DNA of 63,998 nt, the filler included, from Aduncisulcus paluster (taxonomy: Eukaryota), in the NCBI GenBank assembly GCA_024181965.1. It is 10 parts of 10 records of this genome, joined end to end, with 100 filler letters (N's around TTAATTAATTAA, not from the genome) between each part and the next. Parts side by side here need not be neighbours in the genome. Positions count along the whole stretch, not along the records: positions 4,729 to 13,097 come from BQXS01010104.1; positions 13,198 to 17,239 come from BQXS01010105.1; positions 17,340 to 34,422 come from BQXS01010106.1; 7 more parts are not named here. One strand, given 5' to 3'. The notes under the pieces were generated by a model that was not told where the DNA came from, did no database searches, and worked only from the letters and a program-made list of their open reading frames with translations. The translations under genes and the position numbers were made by a program. Positions within the stretch are counted from its first letter, which is position 1, and each line of letters starts with the position of its first letter. Positions 12,110 to 22,062 of this stretch are shown piece by piece.

Positions 12110-13097
12110 TTAGTCTTCCTTTTCAACCTTTTGCATCAACCTTGCAAGACATTCTTCAATTCGCTCGTTAGATAGTTTTATCCCTTCCTCTTTCATTTTT
12201 TTCTCAACATTGTCAACATTTGGTGGAAGCAAAAACATTAACATATCACGAAGATATTTAAGTTCTGCCACTGTACTTGCTGCAACAGCATACGGAATAA
12301 ACACACCTTTTTCCAAAGCCGAAGAAGAGGAAGAAGAAGAGGAAGAAGAAGAGGAAGAAGAGGAATGTTCATCTCTAGACGCCATTGTAGAAGAAGAAGA
12401 TTCAGTAGACGAAGACACAATGGGACTGGCTTGAGTGGCATCAACATGTTCAATTTTTTCTTGGTCTTGCCGCATTCCTCGTAATATTTCAGACTCGATT
12501 GTATCAGAAATGGTGGATAAATTGGAAGCAACTGCAAGAGAAACCTTATGAAAATCAGAGTTAGAAACTCTCCCAGCAACAGCAAGACTCGCATCCCTCC
12601 TTCGAAGCGAGGAAGAGGAAGAATGTGAAGAATGTGAAGAATGTGAAGAGGAAGAAGAGGAAGAAGAGGAAGAAGAGGAAGACCCAAGAGGGACATGCTG
12701 TGCCAATGAGCTGTGTGTGGACGGGGAAGAGTGTGGATGGGGAAGAGTGTGAGCTTTTGTCACAGGCTGATGCTGTTTAAGGGAATGAGAAAGAGAAGGA
12801 GAAGGAGAAAGGGGAGGGGTAGTTGTAACTATGCTTGAAGATAGGGGATCATTATAAGCAGTTGATGACACCGATGTTCCAGAAATAGATTGAGAAGAAG
12901 TGATTGTATTGGTTTGAAGCTGGCGAATTTTATAACCTTGTTGGGAAGGAACATCATAACTCTGCACTGTTGGTTGGGCCTGTTTAGGCTTCGATTTAAA
13001 GGAATTAATAAAAGTTTTCCATCCACTTTCCTTCTTTTTCTTTGGTTGTGGTGGTAATGTGTATGAGTTGTGGGGTTTCTGTGTTAGAGAATGAAGA
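12110..13097 (-). CDS. Ser/His-rich hypothetical protein, 5' partial
   Basis: 285-aa ORF with poly-Ser tracts; coding-like sequence continues toward the contig end. Confidence 0.55.
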
Positions 13098-13197
13098 NNN
13101 NNNNNNNNNNNNNNNNNNNNNNNNNNNNNNNNNNNNNNNNNTTAATTAATTAANNNNNNNNNNNNNNNNNNNNNNNNNNNNNNNNNNNNNNNNNNNN

Positions 13198-16071
13198 CAG
13201 TGTTTAATTGATTCCGGGGCGAGTGTTTCTTTTATATCGCCTGATTTGGTGAAGAAATTAAACCTGACTGTTTCAAAGGAGGAAAGTTCTGTTGAATATG
13301 GAGACCGAACAAAGAGCATCTCAGAGAAAACGAATGTCTATGTAACACTTCGCCAAGGTATCAACAAACGTTTGATTTGTTTTCCTGTTCAATGTCTGGT
13401 TTCTTCTATCGTTGCAAAGTATGGATTCATCCTGGGAAGAACCGATGCGGAAAGGCATTCATTATATAAACTTACAGCCTTTAGCATGAATGATGAGCTC
13501 GTAGGAGAAGATGCTGACATGGAGGAGAGTGAAGAGTACCCTTGTTTCGACGAAAAAACTACAAAGATTACCCGTGACGCACTGAGAGATCGAATCAGTG
13601 ATGAATATTGTGCGAGAAAGGAATTAGAAGAACTATTGTGGAGTTATAAGGATGTATTTGAACCCTTTGAGGAGGCTGGATCTTCTAAATTACCAGAATT
13701 CACGATCGAACTGATTGAAAACTTTAAACTGTGGAAGATACCTCCACGAAGACTTGCTCCGCTTTACAAGGAAGAAGCGGCAATTCAGGTGAAAGAAGCT
13801 TTGGCTTTGAAGGCTATTAGAAAGTCTAGAAGCAACGTCTCATGTGTTCCAGTGTTCGTAGGAAAGCGAGATGGAAACACACGTATGTGTATAGACTTCA
13901 AGCCGTTGAACCGGAATACGGTGCCTCTAACATTTCCACTTCCAAGAATTGCAGAAATTCTGGACAATTTGGATGGAAAGAGATGGTTTGCTACTTTTGA
14001 TCTGAGAAGTGGCTTTAATCAGATCTCTATCCGAGAAGCGGATAGGCATTTGACAGCTTTTACGGTATTGGGAAACCTCTACGAATATAATGCCATGCCC
14101 TTTGGAGCAACGAATGCTCCGATACATTTTCAGCAGTCTATAGCCAATGAATTCGAAGATCTTATGGGTGATGGTTGTGAAATTTTTGTGGATGACATTA
14201 TTGTGTATGGTAGTGACGAAGAAGAATTCATGAAGAACATAAAAAGAGTATTATCCCGACTAAGAAGCTTAAATCTGAGAGCAAAGCTTTCAAAATGTGA
14301 GTTTGGGAAAGGAAAAATTGCTTATCTGGGTCGTATGGTATCTACAGACGGAATGTCTCCTGACAAAAGCAGGATGAGAGATCTTTTGGAGATCGGTGCG
14401 CCAAGAGACAAGAAACAACTATTATCTCTCTTAGCAATGTTGAATTATTATCGAGTGTACATTTCTGATTTTGAAAATAAGATTGCGGATCTGAGAGAGT
14501 TGGAAAGATCTCACAAGAGATTTGAATGGACAGAGAATCATGAACGAGTTCTCAGAGAGGTATTAAGAGAACTTGGTGAACAGCCAATGCTTTTCTTCAT
14601 CGACTACAGCAAAGACCTATTCTTGAGGACAGATGCAAGTGATCGAGCATTGGGTGGTGTATTATTCCAAATGGATGATAAAACTGAAAAGCCAATAGAG
14701 TATGTATCAAAAGCCTTCTCAAGGTCGGAACGGAACTGGACTATCAACGAGAAAGAAGCTTTTGCAATTAAGTTTTGTGTTGAAAAGCTCCAACATTATT
14801 TGAGAGGATCAGTCTTTACAGTACTGACTGATCACAAGAACTTGCTGGCAATTGAAGCAGCAAAGAGCAGCAAAATTCAGCGCTGGAACATGTTTTTGCG
14901 AGATTTCAGGTTTAAAGTGATTCATGTCCCTGGAAAGGATAATGTGGTACCTGACGCTTTATCAAGAGTGGGCTTTCCAGAAGAACTTCACGTAATGGTT
15001 GAGGTGGATGAGAACTGGAAAGAAGATGCTGTAAAGAGTCAGGACATGCTTTCTAAGAAAGAAAAAGAGTTCTATAAGGAGGATGAGAATGGTGTCTATA
15101 AGGACGTAGACAAGAGAATAATTATTCCCCAAGGAAATGACGAGTTGAAAAGAAAGGTGATGAAACGTTTTCATAATGCCATTGTTGGTCATGGTGGTGC
15201 AGCGAACACCGTTTACAAGATTGAAAGTAGTGGTGTCACATGGCAGTCAATACGGAAAGATGTTGCTGAGTTTGTTTCAGAATGTATGACGTGCCAGAAG
15301 TTGAAAGCAAGGAGAGGAGGAAAGGCTCCTTTGATGACAGGAGAGTACGAGGATCCATTTCATACGGTTTCAATGGACACAATGGGTCCATTACCCATGG
15401 CAGTGTCTGGTGAGAAATACATTATAGTGCTAGTCGATGCTTTCTCAAAATGGGTAGAATTGGTTCCAGTGAGAACATTGGAAGCAGAAGAAGCAGCAGA
15501 TGCATTGGTAAGATCGGTATTTGCAAGACATGGTCTTCCACGACAGATTAAAAGCGATAACGGTCCACAGTTTGCCAATTCTCTATTTGCAAGGTTGACA
15601 ACGTGTTTTGAGGTGTTTCAATATACGACAACACCATATCATCCCGAAGCGAATGGTGCAGTAGAGAGAGTTATGAGAGAATTGAAAAAACATATTCATG
15701 CGTTGCTTCATGATGTGTTGGAAAGAAGAGACTGGATTCGGGCGGTGCCAATCGTTCAGTATGTATTGAACAACACCTTGCATTCAGCAATCGGAGTAAC
15801 CCCACATGAAATGTTATTTGGAAGAAGATTGCCTGTCTGGAGAGATTTTAAGCAGACAAAATTTAAAGACATAGGTTCTGAGAAGGATCAGAAATCGTAT
15901 GTCAAGTACGTTGATGAGTTGACGGATCATTTGAAGATACTAAGATCTCGAGCAGAGTCATATCAGTATGACAGGCTGAAAAAGAAGGTTAAAGGATATT
16001 CAGAGCTGGATAAAAAAACTTGGAATCCTGATGGGTTGTATTTAATTCATCGATTTCCAGTAATAATATGA
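13198..16071 (+). mobile_element. pol: Ty3/Gypsy LTR retrotransposon pol (protease-RT-RNase H-integrase), open reading frame, 5' partial
   Basis: LIDSGA (in frame from 13198); RMCIDFKPLN, FDLRSGFNQI, MPFGATNAP, FVDD; TDASD, EKEAFAI, TDHKNL; H..GH..C..C zinc finger; D-D-E (SMDT, SDNG, VER). Confidence 0.96.
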
Positions 16072-17339
16072 TTTAAAGATCCGTATATAATTTGTATTGT
16101 CCATCGTTGATACCAAATTATCAACCAAATTCCATCCCTGGGTCTAATAAAGATACAAATTAAATATCAATAACTTCAAATCTAATTTATTCCATTTTAA
16201 TGAATATAATCTTCAATAGTATCAAAATTAATGCTTTATCCAACACTTTAGATTCGTCAAGCTAATTTTGTTACAATATACAATTTTATTGTAAGTAATT
16301 ATCATCAAATGAATTGTTGCTGATCGTTTCTAACTGAAATATTATATTCCAAACAGCGAATTCCGATGTTTTATATGTTTTCTTGAGATGAGTTCTTTAG
16401 CAATGAGTATATGAATATAAAACATGATAAAATATCGAATTTCGTGTCAAAAACATCTCGTGGAGCAAATGGCATGATTTTATTGATTTGATTCCTCTCT
16501 TTATACTGTGTCATTCATAACATCTTCATTTGTACAACCTCTTAAGAATATTTTTCCAAATATTCCTGGAATATCACGATAAAAACGGGGCTTACAGTAA
16601 TTGCAATTCGAAGTTCATGTCATTATTCTCTCTACTGCTTGTTATTGTGTGTCAATGATATCTGTTTGGCTCTCGAACCTTTTGATACCTTTTTGTTCTT
16701 TTTATTGACATAAAACTGAACTTAAACGTTTGATATTTGCCATACTACTCCCTAAAATCCTGCTACAAACTAAAAACACTAATAACACTCAACTCTCTGC
16801 TTCTGATTGTTGATCCTGGTTTCCACCCATTGTCTCTGAAAGTAATTGAGAAAATGACACACCTGCCCTCGCTTAACTCATTTGAATCTCGAATAACACA
16901 TCAATAACACCAATAACATCAATAACATCAATGTTATTCCCCAATCTGTGTGTCACATCATCTTATTCTTGGATGGTGATTCTTGATTAGAGATCTTTCC
17001 TTTGTTTTGCCGAATCCAATCTTTTCTCTTCTCTCTCTAAACAGTTCAAACAACATAAGAAGAGAACTTGATCTGCCCAATGAACTTGATTCTTTTATTT
17101 TCTGCCAATCTATGTAGTAAATTTCCCCCCTTTTACCCCCATCCGTGGGGGTCCCCCCTGTACGGTGGTTGCACTGTACATTTCTTTATTATATTTTTTT
17201 CCCAAAAAAACAAACAAACAAAAAAATACACAAACTTTCNNNNNNNNNNNNNNNNNNNNNNNNNNNNNNNNNNNNNNNNNNNNTTAATTAATTAANNNNN
17301 NNNNNNNNNNNNNNNNNNNNNNNNNNNNNNNNNNNNNNN

Positions 17340-19020
17340 GCTGCCCTATCAACTAAAAACTCTTTTTCTCCTTCTAACCTTTCCTCACCGCCCTTCTCCT
17401 CTTCTTGTTCTTTTTCCATTGCTTCCTGATAAAATTCTGCCACATCTTCATCCTTTTGTGTGACTGAAGGATCTTCGTGGAAAATATGTCCTTCCCACTT
17501 ACGATTGAGAATATTCAGCATCACGCGCACTCTCTCTTTCACACCAGATGCTCTCGGAAAGACATGCAAATACTGGGCAACATCAACAGAAACAGACGTG
17601 CTTGCTGACCCCGCTGACTTCACGTTATAGGAGAGAGGTTTATGAATGCACATTGGCAGGGAAGGAAGGAGAGAAGGCGGGAGGGTGGCTGAGAAAACCA
17701 TATGGATGCATCGTTTGAATAAAACATGGGGAAGTTTCTCATCAACATCCTCAGAATCTTCAGCATCACGCGCACTCTCTCTTTCACACCAGATGCTCTC
17801 GGAAAGACATGCAAATACTGGGCAACATCAACAGAAACAGACGTGCTTGCTGACCCCGCTGACTTCACGTTATAGGAGAGAGGTTTATGAATGCACATTG
17901 GCAGGGAAGGAAGGAGAGAAGGCGGGAGGGTGGCTGAGAAAACCATATGGATGCATCGTTTGAATAAAACATGGGGAAGTTTCTCATCAACATCCTCAGA
18001 ATCTTCATCATCATCGGATTGAGTATGTTTACCAGAGGCACCACCAATAAAGTCATCCCAAGTGTCTGATGAAGTCGTAATCGAAGGAACATCAGGAGGA
18101 TTAAGAATCGTGGAAGAAGAAGAAGTATATATTGCGGGATATTGTTTACCATCAAGATGAGAATCTATTGTACGGCGTTTGCCAAGTTCAATTTCTCCAC
18201 CCTTGAGACTAGATGTGTTGGGGATCTGTGGAATAGAAATCCTTGAAGGAATAGAAATTTGGCGCGAACGTTTCAATTTGTCTTTAAATTTAGAAGATTT
18301 TTTTCGCTTAACGTATCTCTTATTCACATTGATACCTGTATCCTTAGTTTGAGTTTTATCCATAGCGAGTTTTTCTTTTTCAAGACTTATTTTCTCAACA
18401 ATTTCATCAAATTGAGATTCATCTTGGGAAGGAATGAATGAAAAACACTTCTCTAATTGGGAAATAAAACGTTTATCAACCATTTTATCAATTTCATCAA
18501 CAACCACAATTTTGAGGGACAGAAGATTACAGAGGTCAGGGCGCCGGTCAACAAGGTCAATCAATCGGCCTGGAGTAGCAATGAGGATGTGACATCCACC
18601 AGATAACGCAGATATATGCTCATTTATGGATTTACCACCACTAGCACAGATAACAGAAAGAGGACGTGCCCATCCCTTTGAAGAAAAAGGAATATTAGGA
18701 AGTGATAATTTATGAATCTCTCGTTCAATTTGCTGCCCAAGTTCTCTTGTAGGAACAATAATCAAACCTTTAATGTCAATATGTTTATGAGTAGGTCGTT
18801 GATATGCCAAAGATTCAGAGATAAGTTCAACCATAGGAATAATATATGCCAACGTTTTACCCGATCCTGTCGGAGAAAGACCGATAATATCACGGCGATC
18901 TTGTAAAACACTTGGGATCACCAAACTTTGTATTCTTGTTGGATTTGGGAATTTTTTTTCAAGAGATATCTCTAATGGCTTACTGAGATTTAACTTTTGC
19001 CACTTTTGAGTCTCATCCAT
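17340..19020 (-). CDS. DEAD-box RNA helicase, Prp28/DDX23-like, 3' partial; interrupted by a 245-bp tandem duplication
   Basis: Q motif FPNPTRIQ, SPTGSGKT, PTRELGQQ, GG, TPGRL, DEID, SAT. RDIIG and MVFSATLPP...KP....SAG resemble Prp28. Confidence 0.85.
17514..18007. repeat. 245-bp exact tandem duplication that frameshifts the helicase; probable assembly artefact
   Basis: 17514..17762 equals 17759..18007. Confidence 0.85.
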
Positions 19021-19218
19021 ATAGAATAGGATGCAAGAAAAGATATTTTTCAAAAAAATTGGCTATCCGGTGAAATAATGATAATACTATAAATCTGGTA
19101 CAATAAACATACTTAATATTAAGTGACTATTTATAATAAGAATACAATTCTGATTACATATGGATGGATCGATGGTGGTGTTAATTTCTTTGATTTTTGC
19201 TGAACACAATCTTAAAAT

Positions 19219-19833
19219 ATGGTATGTATAGTTGAGACTTTTATTTATAATCATATATATATAAAATTATATCATTAATTTTTTTCTTATTGTTAGTCTT
19301 CATCCCAATTTTCCAAATTGAAGGAGAAACAGCCAAAAGTAGAGCATTTAACACAACATGATATAGCAGAAGATATTAGAAGAATGTGGGAACTTTCGCC
19401 ACTCTATGATCCCCTTCCTCCATTTCATTTGTTGATCAGACCCTCATACGCATCAGTATCTACCGAAACCGCTGGTATTGATCCAACAATTCCAATAGCC
19501 CTGGCTGGAATTCCAACAGATCTTCCCCTTGAAATGGAAGAGCCACTTATTACGACCGGTTTAACTCATGAGGAAGAAGAATTATTGAATCATCCCCCAA
19601 AACCTCCAACCATCTTTGATGCTCTTGTTGAGACGATGAAAGAATGTGGTGCATTACCCCCCCGCGTTGATATTCCCCAACCCCCAGCTAGACCACCCGG
19701 AATGAGTGTGCTTGAATATGAACGTGTTATGACCGAACATGGAATTCTACTTCCGAGGACTGTCCCCCAACATCCTTCTCAAAAACGAGTTGAAGAGGAA
19801 TTGATGGATAGTGTTGGAAGAACAGGTAGATAA
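19219..19833 (+). CDS. Pro-rich hypothetical protein; exon 1 is the ATG alone (19219-19221), intron 19222-19296, exon 2 19297-19833
   Basis: ATG|GTATGT...TGTTAG|TCT TCA TCC CAA joins in phase 0 to the 19318 ORF. Confidence 0.7.
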
Positions 19834-20384
19834 AATTTTTGTTAGTAGAACTACTTGATCAATACATACAGACTGCTCATACTTATAGACTGAAAAATTA
19901 CAAATATTTGGCAAAATTATTAAATAAACAACTTTTATTTCACTCCCATTTGAAAGCTGGAATAGACCATTCCGAATAGATCTCTGCAATCCATTATAGT
20001 TGGAAAGCTCAGGAGTCATTACTGCTCACAGTGATAAGGAACATTAGAGTACATGAAATCCATTCAGTTGCGCTCGAACTGAGTTCTTTGACACCAGCCT
20101 GGTGTCTGAGTCAGATCATCTGAATCATGATGATTTTGCGCAAGTATTATACAATTCAAGGAGGCTCAAATAGAATAAATCTGACCGATATGGAGCTTTA
20201 GTTGACCTTTCACCGCAAATAACCATAATAGTGCATCAATTCAGTTATCTTTAGCAAATTTGAGTTTCTGGCTTTAAATCAGATTATTGAGGAGAATAAA
20301 TGACGTAAAAATGGTAGAATGAACATTTTAAAGAAAGAATTTATCTCAAAATCAGTAATATATTTCTCATTTGATGAATAATAA

Positions 20385-20974
20385 ATGCTTGATATCGAGG
20401 CTATTAATAGAACCACTCATCATGAAAGCTTTTTGGAGCCGTATAACAGTAAGATGGGAATTCGTGTCAAGAAAATCACAAAGGGAAAGCGTCAACCAGT
20501 TCGTAAAGCCACCAAACCCACATACCCCGATGCTAAGACCATGGATCACATTATGCAATCCCGTTTCAAGTGCCGTCAGGTACCTGTGACTGAGGTTTCC
20601 CTTATGATGAAGGACAACTCTGTTAAAATGTTCTCTCAACCTATGTGTATGTTTTGTTATTATTATCAATTTTCTTCCACCATCATTGTATGATTGCTTA
20701 TCCGTATTATTCTTGCTTTTTTTGGATTATTTCTTTTTGTTTTAACTTCCCCCAATATTATCACTTAGTCATGGGTAATGGTGGATCTAACGTTTGGTAC
20801 GTCTCTGGTCCTTCTGAAAAGAAGTCCTTTGGTGACTACCTCCAACACGTTGCTGCTTCTATCCAACAACACCTCTCTCCTGAGGACCTTAAGCGTTTCG
20901 CTGAACAACAATCCAAGATGGAAGGTGCTCCCGGAGCTATGCCCGATATCGAATCCTTTGAAAAGGCTGAGTAA
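20385..20974 (+). CDS. BTF3: Nascent polypeptide-associated complex beta subunit; intron 20647-20768; start may be 20454
   Basis: Spliced product VTEVSLMMKDNSVKMFSQPMFMGNGGSNVWYVSGPSEKK...LSPEDLKRFAEQ...MPDIESFE matches NAC-beta. The GTATGT...CTTAG intron restores the frame. Confidence 0.82.
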
Positions 20975-21242
20975 GACATTTTTATAACATAGTAAAATCT
21001 CCATCATTTGTCGTTTTTTGTATTTATTTTATTGCCATGGTCAAAAATTGAAAATAGTCCTTATATTTTGTCGATTTGGCCCAAATCACCAGGATCCCTA
21101 AGATCTTGGATATTGGACGATAAAAAAAATTAAATTGGGAATTTTACTCCGAAATAATAGCGTCATTATATTCTTCATTGAAATATTTTGCTGTTATTTT
21201 TGGAAAATCCAAAGAATATCTATTTGTTGACACAATAACACA

Positions 21243-21854
21243 ATGTCCGAAGTTCCACCTCCAAAAGATAAAGATGAAGATTTCGTTGATGAATCTGGAT
21301 ACAAAGGAGCTGCCAAGATTTCCATGAGTGAAGCCTTGGAAGCTGACAAAGGAGATGAAGCTCTTGACAAATGGAAAGCTGCCCTTGTTGCAGATGTGGA
21401 TACCTCCAGTGATGAGTCTGATCCCAGGCAAGTTATTGTTGATAAACTTGTTATCACTACAGATTATGGTGCCAAATTTGAATTCGATTTGTCTACTGAA
21501 GCCAAAGTTAAGGCCTTTTGTGAACAAGAAATGGCTTTTTCTTTGATCGAAGGATGCACTTACACCATGAAGATCCTCTTCCACGTTAGAAAGGAGATTG
21601 TCGCTGGTTTCTGTTACGTCAATCTTGTTTACAAGGGTCCCTTCAGAATTCTCAAGGAGCAGCAGATGTTTGGAAGTTACGCTTCAAAGGCTGCCCAACA
21701 ACAATTTACTTTCCCCGTGAAAACAGCCCCCAAGGGTCCCCTTGCCCGTGGAAAATACACAGCAAAGGCTAAATTCACAGATGATGATAAGAACCTCCAT
21801 TTGCAGATTGAATACAGATTTGGGATTGAAAAAGCCCCTAAACCCAAGAAGTAA
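21243..21854 (+). CDS. ARHGDI: Rho GDP-dissociation inhibitor
   Basis: DKGDEALDKWKAALV, EGCTY, EIVAG, MFGSY, APKGPLARGKY.AK.KFTDDD. Confidence 0.93.
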   Translation: MSEVPPPKDKDEDFVDESGYKGAAKISMSEALEADKGDEALDKWKAALVADVDTSSDESDPRQVIVDKLVITTDYGAKFEFDLSTEAKVKAFCEQEMAFSLIEGCTYTMKILFHVRKEIVAGFCYVNLVYKGPFRILKEQQMFGSYASKAAQQQFTFPVKTAPKGPLARGKYTAKAKFTDDDKNLHLQIEYRFGIEKAPKPKK

Positions 21855-22062
21855 GGCGAATAAAATTGTAATAGTGTTTGTACAATGAACAACTTCGAAT
21901 AATAATAAATTTTTTCTTCATGGACAAATTGTTTATCAATGAAAAAATATATTAGCAATAATATCGTTATCATTCAAGCAATTACTCCTCGTACATAATG
22001 AGATTTACTCCATCAGATACTCTGAATTTGCTAGGTGATCAGTGGCCATAACTTTTTGAAGC

